A DNA stretch of 64,000 nt, from the NCBI GenBank assembly GCA_027490575.1, contig JAIXXV010000032.1, positions 13,211 through 77,210 on the forward strand. Direction: 5' to 3'. Below are positions 46,976-56,972 of this stretch, one piece after another (the first letter of the stretch is position 1; each line of letters begins with the position of its first letter). A program made the translations under genes and the position numbers. Source of the DNA: a bacterium. GTDB lineage: Bacteria > Patescibacteriota > Minisyncoccia > Phycocordibacterales > CAIZLB01. The notes beneath the pieces were generated by a model. It worked only from the letters and a program-made list of their open reading frames with translations, was not told the DNA's origin and did no database searches.

Positions 46976-47728
46976 ATGTCAGAAAACATGAAAAGCGCGT
47001 TCCTTACATACATCATGCTAGGTTTTACCAGCTTGATGGCCCAATACAACATCATAGTAGACGCAAGTCTGCAGATGGCCACCCTCTTCCAGGATGGCAA
47101 AATAGTTCAAGGTTTTGCCGAAATACCCATTGCCACCGGCATGCTAGGGCACGAGACCCCGGAGGGTACATGGAGTGTGCTGTCAGCTAAAGCCAGCGAC
47201 CGATCCAACAAATTTGGAGTGAATATGCCTTACTGCTTCAGAACCAACGCGATTGGTGGTGGTATCTGCATGCATGAAGGGCCGGTTTATCCAGGAGCAG
47301 CATCACACGGGTGCATTCGTATTCGTCACGACTTCGCCAAAAATCTTTTTGATAAAGTTGGCGATAACTGGAAATCTATGAAGATTGTAGTGGTTGGGTC
47401 AATTAAGGATTACATCAAGACAAGACTTGGTGGACTGGTGAGCTTTGACAAAGACGGTAGACCTGTAAAGTTTATCAGGGATTCGTCAGGTAGGCTTCCA
47501 GATGAGTTCCTAAAAGCTCTACATGACGGAAGAGTTACGCTCTTCTGCGAGAATAAAAGTGGTACGATTTCATTTGACCAAAATCAATGGTTCATATCGC
47601 TTGAATTTTGGCAAGACAAGAGGTTAAAAGGAGTGACTCTATCAGAGCTACAATCAAGATTTGGCCAAAGGGTTAACCTCACTGAGAACCAAATCAAAGA
47701 ACTTCACAGGAGAGTTGAAAGGTATTAG
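46976..47728 (+). CDS. L,D-transpeptidase (YkuD domain)
   Basis: GHETPEGTWSV...HGCIRIRHD matches the catalytic His/Cys of the YkuD fold. Confidence 0.75.
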   Translation: MSENMKSAFLTYIMLGFTSLMAQYNIIVDASLQMATLFQDGKIVQGFAEIPIATGMLGHETPEGTWSVLSAKASDRSNKFGVNMPYCFRTNAIGGGICMHEGPVYPGAASHGCIRIRHDFAKNLFDKVGDNWKSMKIVVVGSIKDYIKTRLGGLVSFDKDGRPVKFIRDSSGRLPDEFLKALHDGRVTLFCENKSGTISFDQNQWFISLEFWQDKRLKGVTLSELQSRFGQRVNLTENQIKELHRRVERY

Positions 47729-47744
47729 TTACCAAATCAACCCT

Positions 47745-47775
47745 CAGAGGCGCCGCCCAAAAGGTGGCGCTTTTT
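47745..47775 (+). terminator. Intrinsic terminator after the L,D-transpeptidase gene
   Basis: GCGCCGCCcaaaaGGTGGCGC followed by TTTTTTT. Confidence 0.55.
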
Positions 47776-47903
47776 TTAATGCACTGATTTTTATCTCGTA
47801 CGATTTATATAAAAAACCTATTGATAAATATAAAAAACCGCCCACTCCACGAATGGAGCAGACGGGCTTTGAGGGTATCTAAAGTCCTCACACCTAGAGA
47901 CAA

Positions 47904-48356
47904 CTACCAGAACCCTGGCTGGCACCCGCCACCAATACCACTACGGTCTGGATTCTGGTTGTAGATGTACTGCAGCTGGCCATAAGGATTCTGTGACCCG
48001 ATATGCGGTATAGGTCCACCACCGTGTAGATAGATAGGGTGACCAGATCTGGAGAATCCTCCGAATACCTGACCGCCTCCCCATCCACCAAAGCCTTGGT
48101 TGAAACCTTGGTTGATCCAAGGGTCAGCACAAGCACCGACAGGTGCAAGGCCTACACCGTCAAAGACAGGAAACCCGTCATCACAGATGACTGCACCTCC
48201 TCCGAAGCCATCGTCTAGAACGAGACAACTCGGCAAAGCCAAGCTACACACCAAAGCCATCAAGACAAGCTTGATTGCCTTTAGGAAGCGCACTGACCGC
48301 GAGACCAAGGGTAGCCGAGCTCCAGTGACAACACAACTGACTGATTTGTTTTTCAT
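47904..48356 (-). CDS. Hypothetical secreted glycine-rich, Cys-containing protein, high-GC (probable start MKNKSVS at 48356; the track ORF extends to 48443)
   Basis: Signal peptide (AIKLVLMALVCSLALPSC), then G-rich repeats (GFGGGAV, GFGGWGGGQVFGG). A minus-strand hairpin terminator lies at 47838-47870. Confidence 0.45.
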   Translation of the reverse strand: MKNKSVSCVVTGARLPLVSRSVRFLKAIKLVLMALVCSLALPSCLVLDDGFGGGAVICDDGFPVFDGVGLAPVGACADPWINQGFNQGFGGWGGGQVFGGFSRSGHPIYLHGGGPIPHIGSQNPYGQLQYIYNQNPDRSGIGGGCQPGFW

Positions 48357-48581
48357 ACTGACAACCCGCCTTTCAACCGGGTTCGAGCAAGGTTTTTTAG
48401 ACCCACTCTTTTGGTTTGGTTTTTGATTTCGATTTGATACCAATGTCTGACATTTTCACGCCAAATAAAGTTGGTATATTTCAAGCGAACACTGCCCCTA
48501 AAGAAGAATGCTCGTAACTAACCTGTAAAAATATTGCATTAGTTGAGACTAACTGTCAACCCCAACTTAGCCTGACACCGA

Positions 48582-48863
48582 TTATTTAAAACCGCCCATC
48601 ACAGCACCCTCCTCTTTCAATATCTCAATCTTCTTTTCCTTTCCCCTATTGTACCCGCCCGCCTTACCATCCGACCTGACAACTCTATGACACGGTACAG
48701 CAGTATTGTAGTTTTTGTTTAATATATTTCCCACAGCACGAAAAGCATTTGGACTTCCAGCACGAAGAGCCACCTCTTTATAAGTCAAAGTCTTGCCTTT
48801 TGGTATGGACCTGACAGCATCGTATACGCTTTCAGAAAAAGTTTTTATTGTTTGAGACTTCAT
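48582..48863 (-). CDS. ogt: Methylated-DNA-protein-cysteine methyltransferase (MGMT/Ogt, DNA-binding C-terminal domain only)
   Basis: TYKEVALRAGSPNAFRAVGNILNKN...PCHRVV carries the PCHRV active-site motif. Confidence 0.75.
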   Translation of the reverse strand: MKSQTIKTFSESVYDAVRSIPKGKTLTYKEVALRAGSPNAFRAVGNILNKNYNTAVPCHRVVRSDGKAGGYNRGKEKKIEILKEEGAVMGGFK

Positions 48864-48979
48864 CGTTATTATTTTTTATAAAATTATCTCATTGTTTCGC
48901 GAGGGTTTGGCACAGCCCGCCCTTTTTTCTCTCACATACAGTCATCCTTTTTTTCTTTCGCCTTTTTTCTTTCGCTCAT

Positions 48980-49804
48980 TTACCCCCTAGTCCCAACATA
49001 ATCCGCCTCCACCACATATCTATCATTCTTTGTTCCAAAACTATCACATGTCGATATGGTTAGCATATTTCTTGTTGTATCAAACTTTATCAAAGCTTCG
49101 TTTTTGTCTACCTTATTAACACTTTTTACTTTGTATACAAAAGTAGTACTACCTGATTGCAAAAGTATCTCGTCGCCAGCTCTCACTTTGTGGAGCTCAT
49201 TGAAAACCCTATATGCTTGGTTTTGCACAACTCTAAAACCAGTACTATGCCCGAAGATAAACATATTACCTTTTCCTATAGACCCTGATCCAGGATATCG
49301 CACAGCTCCCTTTTTAAGCTCATTATCAAGTACGGTAATACTAGTTGAGCTAGGATTTTTTACTATAGTGTTTATATCAAGTGAAGGTACTATCAATCTA
49401 TCTGGCACAATGATTTTTCCGTCACCAATACCTGGGCCACTTGTTCCACCAGAACTATTGGCGTCTGAAGATTGAGCAGATGGATTTGTTGAGTTTAGTA
49501 TTCCCAAGGCTGAATGACCCGGTCTATCACCCGCCAAAGGCTCCTGTCCTGAAGTAGGATTATTGAAAAGAGTGTCTACGATGCCGCCATCGGAGCTTTG
49601 TCTAAGTTCACTCGGCAATAAGCCTGTGACAGCCAATAACAAAGCCGATCCTAAAAATACCATGGCAAAAAAACCGATAAATCGGACCTCATTAGTTGAA
49701 AATATATTTTTGAACCATTTTTCCATATTATTTATATGTATTTTATATGAGCTATGTTTATACAAGTATTTTAAACAAGCGTTTATAAGAGTATTATAGC
49801 CCAA
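48980..49804 (-). CDS. Sortase family transpeptidase
   Basis: N-terminal TM anchor, a His motif (FIFGHSTGF), a TLxTC-like catalytic Cys (LTISTCDS) and a downstream Arg. Confidence 0.75.
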   Translation of the reverse strand: MGYNTLINACLKYLYKHSSYKIHINNMEKWFKNIFSTNEVRFIGFFAMVFLGSALLLAVTGLLPSELRQSSDGGIVDTLFNNPTSGQEPLAGDRPGHSALGILNSTNPSAQSSDANSSGGTSGPGIGDGKIIVPDRLIVPSLDINTIVKNPSSTSITVLDNELKKGAVRYPGSGSIGKGNMFIFGHSTGFRVVQNQAYRVFNELHKVRAGDEILLQSGSTTFVYKVKSVNKVDKNEALIKFDTTRNMLTISTCDSFGTKNDRYVVEADYVGTRG

Positions 49805-49873
49805 CCTTTACCTGTATTATAGCCCGAATCCCAAAGATTGACAATATATCTATATATGATATAATTTATTTAT

Positions 49874-51127
49874 ATGAAAAACTTTATTAAAATCATTATC
49901 ATAGTAGCAATACTGGTTATACTGGTATTTCTAAGTGTTGGTATAGTGCGTATTGTACCTAGAGTAGTGTCTTCCCTAGCCTCAGCTACGGTGTCACTTG
50001 GCTCATTTTTTACTGGTGGTTCAGACAGCAATGCCACTTCAACTTCAAGTAGTGGTAACAGTACTAACAATAATGGTACTCAAACATCTACATCTACAAG
50101 TGGAAATGGTTTTGTAGTGATTAATGGAACATCAACAAATTCTAGCAATGAAGATGATAGATCATTGGTCAATATACTTAGACCAAACAATACTTCAGGG
50201 CAACCTACTCAAGGTTCAAACAATTCAAACACTTCGAATGTAAAGAACTCTGTAAACAATTCTGCAAACGCAGGTACAGGCAACGTCTCTTATGTTGCAA
50301 ATACATGTACTAACGGTCGTGTATCTGATCTTGCCGTGAGAGTGCTTTCTCGTGGTGTTATGAACAAGGCTACAGGTCAATACATAGAGACCAACTCATT
50401 TACATCAGCTGACACTGTCATCGTAAAGTTTATAGCTGAAAACAGAGGAAGCTGTCCTACGGGCACATGGAGTCTAAGAGTAGACATGCCATCACAAAAC
50501 ACAGCTGATAGAGTTAGAAATATAGTAAACGTAGCTAGTCTTCCTGCTGGTTCTACAGTAACAGGTGAAGTTAACTTCACTACACCTGTAGTTGGAAATT
50601 CAAATGTAACTCTAACAGTAACTGATAACTCAGGTAGAGATTCAAATCTTTCAAACAATACAGTACCGACTTCGATTACGACTATTGCTACTAACACAGG
50701 TACAAATCCTGGAACACCTATCACAGGTGATGGAAGACCTGACCTGGCAGTGCGAATACTTAGAATGGGTACACTTGGATTCAATAACCAATTCGTCCCT
50801 ATCGCAAATACTTCATCTAACTTCGGCGGTAACTTCAGAGTTGGTGAAAGAGTTGCAGTACAATTTGAAGTCATTAACCAAGGACAAACACCTACTGGTG
50901 CATGGACATGGAGAGCTGACTCTGTAGCATTTCAAAATGGAAGCTATACAAACAATCAGTATGAAAATTCAATCCCTGCAGGAGGCAGACTTGTATACAC
51001 TATTGGATTTGATAGTCAGACTATAGGTACAAACAATATCTCTGTCACAGCAGATCATTTGAACCAAGTAAATGAGTTCAATGAATCAAACAATATCGCT
51101 GGTGTTAGTTTCAATGTTGGATACTAA
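49874..51127 (+). CDS. Membrane-anchored extracellular protein with an S/T/N-rich linker and two CARDB-like domains
   Basis: N-terminal TM segment, a low-complexity N/S/T region and a two-fold repeat containing (R)PDLAVR(V/I)L...GxW(S/T)(L/W)R. Confidence 0.55.
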   Translation: MKNFIKIIIIVAILVILVFLSVGIVRIVPRVVSSLASATVSLGSFFTGGSDSNATSTSSSGNSTNNNGTQTSTSTSGNGFVVINGTSTNSSNEDDRSLVNILRPNNTSGQPTQGSNNSNTSNVKNSVNNSANAGTGNVSYVANTCTNGRVSDLAVRVLSRGVMNKATGQYIETNSFTSADTVIVKFIAENRGSCPTGTWSLRVDMPSQNTADRVRNIVNVASLPAGSTVTGEVNFTTPVVGNSNVTLTVTDNSGRDSNLSNNTVPTSITTIATNTGTNPGTPITGDGRPDLAVRILRMGTLGFNNQFVPIANTSSNFGGNFRVGERVAVQFEVINQGQTPTGAWTWRADSVAFQNGSYTNNQYENSIPAGGRLVYTIGFDSQTIGTNNISVTADHLNQVNEFNESNNIAGVSFNVGY

Positions 51128-51193
51128 TTTACAGGTAAACATCTTCTCCATAAGTACGGCGCTATAAAAATCCAATATCTTACATAAAAAATA

Positions 51194-51232
51194 AGTAAAC
51201 CTCAGTAGAAATACTGGGGGTTTACTTTTTTG
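51194..51232 (+). terminator. Intrinsic terminator
   Basis: GTAAACCtcagtagaaatactgGGGGTTTAC followed by TTTTTT. Confidence 0.55.
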
Positions 51233-51416
51233 TATCTGTATGACAACATTATGTTCAGAAAGCGACTGAAAAGTTGCAATCTCTGAGCATAGCCTTATGG
51301 GCCGTATCCTCAGGGGTATAGCTTAAATGGTCAAATGTTCTGTTAAAAGTTCAACAAATTCAACAAAAATCAAACCGAGCGAAAGCTCACGGCCTTTAGA
51401 AAGGGGCCTTTAGTAT

Positions 51417-52052
51417 ATGAGCAATGACAATGTTACTGGTATTGATTGTACAAATTGTGCTAAGGCCAAGCTAGCCGCTTGGTTTATGCAACAGTGGATA
51501 AACGAACATGTAGGTCACTACATCTCGTGTGATCCAATGCAACTTGAAGGCAGGGTTTGGTGGCAACAACTGTCATCGAAGACAGCAATCATTTCGTTTA
51601 TAATTCTTGTGGCATTTTGTTTAGTGACCGCATTTATTGGACCCGAGGAGACTGAAAAGCTGCGCTTTTTGGTAACTTACGGATTGTTCGTATTGTGCTT
51701 GCTAGCAGTGTCATTCATCGGCAACCTTGCCTTCATGACCTCTCAAGAACACATTGCAATGACATTGGCTTGGATGAAACACTTCAAGCACCTGTCTAAG
51801 ACCAGGGCATACTTGTTCTTGGTCCAACAAATGAAAGTACCGAAAGCGAATAGGCAACCGGGTTTCTGCAGGGAAACTCAGAACAAGTTCGAAGAACGGT
51901 TGCGTGCTGAGTTAGCCGATCTTGCAGGCAGATCCAGAAAAGGTAAACCAGGTTCAGCTGGACCATGCCACAAAACAAGCAAAGAGTTCAGGCACAAGCG
52001 AGAGGCCGCTGAAGCATTCGGTATTGTGGCGCGCTCTACTGGTACACCCTGA
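51417..52052 (+). CDS. Hypothetical membrane protein
   Basis: Two or three TM helices and a basic C-terminus. A terminator follows (ATGCCGTGTGGaaaacCCACACGGCAT TTTTAT at ~52070-52100). Confidence 0.4.
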   Translation: MSNDNVTGIDCTNCAKAKLAAWFMQQWINEHVGHYISCDPMQLEGRVWWQQLSSKTAIISFIILVAFCLVTAFIGPEETEKLRFLVTYGLFVLCLLAVSFIGNLAFMTSQEHIAMTLAWMKHFKHLSKTRAYLFLVQQMKVPKANRQPGFCRETQNKFEERLRAELADLAGRSRKGKPGSAGPCHKTSKEFRHKREAAEAFGIVARSTGTP

Positions 52053-52179
52053 GTAAGTAATGGTACGACATGCCGTGTGGAAAACCCACACGGCATTTTT
52101 ATGTATTTAAAACTTGTGTATAAATAGTATTTTTAGTGGTGCAACATTATTACACAACTATGCCAGTCTATGGATCAAA

Positions 52180-54363
52180 CTAGAAATCAATATTAGCCAT
52201 CTTGGCATTTGTTTGGATGAATGTTTTTCTTGAAGGAACGTCATTACCCATCAACACTTCGATGATTTTGTCAGCATCAACCGCATCTTCAACAGTAACC
52301 TGCTTCAATACTCTCTGTTTGATGTCCATAGTAGTTTCTCCAAGCTCTTCGGCATTCATTTCTCCAAGACCCTTGTAACGTTGGATATGAATCTTTGATG
52401 ATTTTACCTTTTCCTTATCACCTTTACCTTTTTTCTTTGCAGAAGTTTCTCCTTCCTCACCCTCTTCTTCTGATTCTTCTTCGTCACCTTCATTTTCACC
52501 AGACCCATCCTCCACTTCTTGGACCTCACTGATATCTACTCCCTCCTTTTTCAAGAAAGTATTTTTTTCATCATCGTTGTAGAAATAGTGAACCTCTTTA
52601 CCTTTCTTAACCTTGTACAAAGGTGGTTGAGCAATATATACAAAACCTCCGTCGATAAGTGGTCTGAAATATCTGTACATCAAAGTAAGGATAAGTGTAC
52701 GAATGTGTGCACCGTCAACGTCGGCATCGGTTGCTATGATGATCTTGTGGTATCGAAGTCTCGATATATCAAATGTGTCACCAATAGCAGTACCAAGTGC
52801 GATGACTAAGTTTCGGATCTGCTCTGAAGCAAGCATCTTGTCGAGTCTGGCTCTCTCGATGTTTAGGATCTTACCTCGCAAAGGCAAGACCGCTTGAGTA
52901 CGTCTGTCACGTCCCATCTTTGCTGTACCACCCGCTGAGTCTCCCTCCACTATGAAGAGCTCTGACTCCTCTGCTCGTTTACTTTGGCAGTCTGCGAGCT
53001 TACCAGGGAGTGTCATGCCTTCTAGTGCACCCTTTCTAAGAACTGAGTCCTTTGCAGCTTTAGCAGCCTTTCTAGCTCTTAGGGCAAGAAGTCCTTTGTT
53101 AATGATAGCCTTAGCATCGTCTGGATTCTCCTCCATGAACTCACTAAATGCTTCTGCGAATACAGACGCTGTAGCAGCTTGTGCCTCAGTCGATCCAAGC
53201 TTGGCTTTTGTCTGACCTTCGAATTGGATTTCAGGTAGTTTTACAGAAACAACAGCAACCAAGCCTTCCAGTACGTCTTCACCCGCTAGGTTATCTTCTG
53301 ACTCTTTTATCAGATTATTTTTCTTTGCGTACTGGTTGATAGTACGAGTAAGTGCTGTACGAAAACCTGCTATATGAGTACCCCCCTCTGAGTTGTATGT
53401 ATTGTTGGCGAATGCAACTATCTTTGTATTGATATCGTCTACATACTGAAGTGCTACCTCTACAAACACACTAGCGTTTCGAGCTTGATTGGCATCAGCA
53501 GAACCTTTCTCAAGTACGTACTCTTTGTCTGTATGGAAAATGTTTTTATGGACCGCCTTTTGAGTTCGGTTATAAAAAGCCACAAGCGATCGTAGTCCTC
53601 CTTCAAAGAAGAATGTCATAGACGGAACATCAAGACCTGCTTCTTTTACAAAATATGCATCGTCTTCTTTTGGATCCAAAATCTTTTCTATAGCTTTTGC
53701 ATCATATCCACGTGCATCAACGACGTTTATCTCAACACCTCTCACAAGGTACGCTTGCTGTCGCAGGTGGTTAACAATCTTACTCCAGTCAAAGTTTATA
53801 CCTTCTTTGAAAATCTCAACGTCTGGCTTAAACATCACAACTGTTCCATGTCTCTTTGATGTACCAATCTTCTTAGTAGGAGCTTTAGGCTTACCTATAT
53901 TGTACTCTTGCATGTGAAGACCTCCGTCTTGGTGAACTACAACTTTTGTATGCACTGACAAAGCATTTACAACCGATGCACCTACACCGTGAAGACCTCC
54001 AGAAACCTTGTATGCATTGTTATCGAACTTACCTCCGGCGTGAAGAACGGTCATGATTGTCTCCAGTGCAGAAACTTTTGTCTTTGGGTGAATACCTACG
54101 GGAATACCGTTACCATTGTCAGCAACACGAACATAACCATCCGGCAAAAGCGCTACCTCTATATGACTACATCTACCTGCCATAGCCTCATCTCTGGCAT
54201 TGTCAAAAATCTCCCAGATCAAGTGGTGAAGACCCTCAGGACCTGTTGTACCAATGTACATACCAGGACGCTTTCGTACGGGTTCTAGGCCCTCTAGGAC
54301 CGTGATCGACGATGCGTCATATACGTCCTCTTTCTTTGTTTTTTTGGTTTCTTCTTTTGCCAT
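52180..54363 (-). CDS. gyrB: DNA gyrase subunit B (type IIA topoisomerase B subunit) with an acidic low-complexity insertion
   Basis: GHKL ATPase (EIFDNARDEAMAG...DNGNGIP), TOPRIM (EGDSAGG) and a C-terminal region; includes an EGDEEESEEEGEEGE insert. Confidence 0.85.
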   Translation of the reverse strand: MAKEETKKTKKEDVYDASSITVLEGLEPVRKRPGMYIGTTGPEGLHHLIWEIFDNARDEAMAGRCSHIEVALLPDGYVRVADNGNGIPVGIHPKTKVSALETIMTVLHAGGKFDNNAYKVSGGLHGVGASVVNALSVHTKVVVHQDGGLHMQEYNIGKPKAPTKKIGTSKRHGTVVMFKPDVEIFKEGINFDWSKIVNHLRQQAYLVRGVEINVVDARGYDAKAIEKILDPKEDDAYFVKEAGLDVPSMTFFFEGGLRSLVAFYNRTQKAVHKNIFHTDKEYVLEKGSADANQARNASVFVEVALQYVDDINTKIVAFANNTYNSEGGTHIAGFRTALTRTINQYAKKNNLIKESEDNLAGEDVLEGLVAVVSVKLPEIQFEGQTKAKLGSTEAQAATASVFAEAFSEFMEENPDDAKAIINKGLLALRARKAAKAAKDSVLRKGALEGMTLPGKLADCQSKRAEESELFIVEGDSAGGTAKMGRDRRTQAVLPLRGKILNIERARLDKMLASEQIRNLVIALGTAIGDTFDISRLRYHKIIIATDADVDGAHIRTLILTLMYRYFRPLIDGGFVYIAQPPLYKVKKGKEVHYFYNDDEKNTFLKKEGVDISEVQEVEDGSGENEGDEEESEEEGEEGETSAKKKGKGDKEKVKSSKIHIQRYKGLGEMNAEELGETTMDIKQRVLKQVTVEDAVDADKIIEVLMGNDVPSRKTFIQTNAKMANIDF

Positions 54364-54516
54364 TGATTTGAAAGTTTTCTTGAAAGTGTTGATAATTTAT
54401 ACCGTTATATTATAACAGATTGCGGACATTTGGTGGTTATTGACATGATGGTGGTTTGTTGTACTATGTCGTAGGTTCTCAATAATGTTCCTAAAAATCT
54501 AACCCGGGAGGTATTT

Positions 54517-55074
54517 ATGCCGATTAATACGAATTATAGAGTTTATGACAGTTTTTCTCAAGGTGACAGGAGGTTGTTCTCAATGATATTAAGGTTTTGT
54601 CTGGAAATACAAAACAATCTGATTGAAAAGTCTAAGTCTGGTAAGGAAATTCCTAGCTGGGAGTGTCACACAATGGCAAGATTGGTCCACCTAGCCTATC
54701 CTTCTACAATTGTTACCGATGGAAGAATGGTCGGCTTCAAAAGGATTGAAATGTTTTCAAAGCCTGGCGAACCTGAGGGTGAACTTGTACCGAGTATGTC
54801 AGCTGAATTCTCTGTACCAAGAACGACATTGAGAATGTTTACATGTGCTCACTCTTGGTTAAAAACACCGGATGGGAACATTATTGATGTCTATCCATGC
54901 GGTATCTATGCAATAGGACCTATAATGGTTACCGCCGACGATACTTACGGACATTTTGGTGCAAACCAGTACCAAGAGCTTGCTGAAGCAAAAGGCCAGT
55001 TCGATGAAGAGGGATCCCTTAGCACAGCAAAGAAATTGCTAGAAATTGCAGGGATTACTTATCCAGTCGTCTGA
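54517..55074 (+). CDS. Hypothetical protein with a papain-like Cys...His...Asp arrangement
   Basis: WECHTMARLV, then CAHSWLKTPDGNIIDVYP. Followed by the strong terminator GCCGCACTCCACCCGGAGTGCGGTTTTTT at ~55108-55140. Confidence 0.4.
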   Translation: MPINTNYRVYDSFSQGDRRLFSMILRFCLEIQNNLIEKSKSGKEIPSWECHTMARLVHLAYPSTIVTDGRMVGFKRIEMFSKPGEPEGELVPSMSAEFSVPRTTLRMFTCAHSWLKTPDGNIIDVYPCGIYAIGPIMVTADDTYGHFGANQYQELAEAKGQFDEEGSLSTAKKLLEIAGITYPVV

Positions 55075-55329
55075 TAGCATTCCTAAGTATACAGCCCCGA
55101 TGAGCAAATCGGCCGCACTCCACCCGGAGTGCGGTTTTTTAATTCAGTATTTTTAAAATTGTTACTGGTATCGGGACTCAAGATGATGCAAAAGACCTTT
55201 GGTTCACAGGTCAATACAAAACATACCTCTTTTAGAAAATCATGCTAAAATAACAATTGCTAGATCTTTTCACTAAAACATTCTCAGTAGAATACAAAAT
55301 AAACATCGAAACAAAAGGAGGACTAAATA

Positions 55330-55992
55330 ATGAAATCAAAAAAGTACCCTTATTTGATCACACAGGCACAACAATGCATTGTATTCATGGCAATCCCGAA
55401 AAGCCGTGAAGGTGGCAGTCTAACTGAAATCGATCAAAATAGATTGCAGGCTGTTACCAGAAGGGTTGTTGCAGACATCCTAATTCGGACAGTTTTAGGG
55501 ACTGACAGCTACGCATTGCGCAAAAATCTGCTCATGAGGCAATCACGGATAGTCGATACCTGCGGCGGACCGGATATCAGCACCACCTGCGGCATCGTTT
55601 GCATGGAGGTTGCAAAATCAGAATCCCAAATATTTCAATTTGAACCTTGCGGTGAAGGTCTGAGTGATAACCCTGAACATTTTGCTGCACTTGAAGAGTT
55701 TATCAAAGGCTGCTTTTCAACCGGGTCGATTGCTGAAGGGTCACTAGCTATGTTTACATGGATCCCCGTCAAAATGCGAACAGAAGAGCGAGGTACACTG
55801 ACAGATGGTATCTACAGCTATCCAGTACACAGCTTTCTCAAGGAAGTCTTCCCTGACGCAAGCAAAGGCATGGATTTCATTAAGCTGATGAGGCTCTGTT
55901 ACGCTGATGACCCGCATGCGATAGTCGTCTACCCAGACACAGAGCGAGTAGCATTGATGACAGAGTTTACCACCGAAAGGCTTTCATACTGA
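55330..55992 (+). CDS. Hypothetical Cys-rich protein
   Basis: 220-aa ORF with an SD GGAGG, GC ~46%, and its own terminator GCCGGTCACCaatcacacGGTGACCGGC TTTTT at ~56012-56045. Confidence 0.4.
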   Translation: MKSKKYPYLITQAQQCIVFMAIPKSREGGSLTEIDQNRLQAVTRRVVADILIRTVLGTDSYALRKNLLMRQSRIVDTCGGPDISTTCGIVCMEVAKSESQIFQFEPCGEGLSDNPEHFAALEEFIKGCFSTGSIAEGSLAMFTWIPVKMRTEERGTLTDGIYSYPVHSFLKEVFPDASKGMDFIKLMRLCYADDPHAIVVYPDTERVALMTEFTTERLSY

Positions 55993-56119
55993 TTTCAATC
56001 TACCCCTTGCCGGTCACCAATCACACGGTGACCGGCTTTTTATTTTATTTTTATTTTATCTAGAACATGTAGTCCTGCATATAGACGGGTGCATTCTGCG
56101 CACATTTATAAGAATAAGA

Positions 56120-56920
56120 CTAGGCCTTAGTCGCCTCAATACACATAAACAATGGGATCTCCTTTCTTGCCAAATCTTCTATCTTTGCCTTTGGGCCACT
56201 TTGACTCTTTTTATGTGATGACCATTCTTCAAGCTTTGTTATTGAAAAGCCGTTCTTTGTAAGCCATTTTACAAAAACCTGTAGAGGTCTGTGATATGAC
56301 ACTGTGTATTGTTTTAAGTCTTTCTTGTGAGAAGGCACGCTTGGATTCATATCTATCTTTATCATTCCTTCACTTAGATATCTGTATACTACCCTGCCTT
56401 GTTTGCCGATATTTGGATCATCGCCCACTCTTTTGCTTTCATTGAAATACCAATCAGAACTTTGGGGTATGCGAAACGATGGATGGTTTAGAACCAAAAC
56501 AAGTCTTCCACCTTTAGCTAATACACGTGAAGTTTCTTTAAAAACAATATCAAGCTCTTGGATATTTTGAGCAGCTAGTATGCAAATTGCCACATCCATT
56601 GAGCCTGTTGCGATCTTTGATAGATCATGAGCTGGAGAAACTAAAAATCTAGCGTTCTTGTGATTCATCTTTATGGACTGCTCTTTTGCCATAGATACCA
56701 ACTCAGATGATATATCTAACCCTACCAGACTTTTAACCTCAGGTGCGAATTGCATACTAAAAAAACCTTGTCCACAGGCAATATCTAACAATGACTGATT
56801 CTTGTTCAGAGAAAGTATCCTCTTTAGATTCGGAAGGATTACCTTGTTTTGATAAGAGTCCTCATCTTTTAAATACTGATCGTACCAATTCGCTACACCA
56901 CCCCATGAAGTTTTTGACAT
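56120..56920 (-). CDS. Class I SAM-dependent methyltransferase
   Basis: SAM-binding motif I LLDIACGQGFF and VGLDIS. Confidence 0.75.
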   Translation of the reverse strand: MSKTSWGGVANWYDQYLKDEDSYQNKVILPNLKRILSLNKNQSLLDIACGQGFFSMQFAPEVKSLVGLDISSELVSMAKEQSIKMNHKNARFLVSPAHDLSKIATGSMDVAICILAAQNIQELDIVFKETSRVLAKGGRLVLVLNHPSFRIPQSSDWYFNESKRVGDDPNIGKQGRVVYRYLSEGMIKIDMNPSVPSHKKDLKQYTVSYHRPLQVFVKWLTKNGFSITKLEEWSSHKKSQSGPKAKIEDLARKEIPLFMCIEATKA

Positions 56921-56968
56921 TAATTCTTAATTGCTATCTGATAACTGTTATCTGCTACCTGTAACCGT
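56921..56968 (-). repeat. Heptamer-periodic (NNTANCAG)n repeat filling the intergenic gap exactly
   Basis: On the minus strand: acag gtagcag ataacag ttatcag atagcaa ttaagaa, abutting the methyltransferase ATG. Confidence 0.6.
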
Positions 56969-56972
56969 TTTG

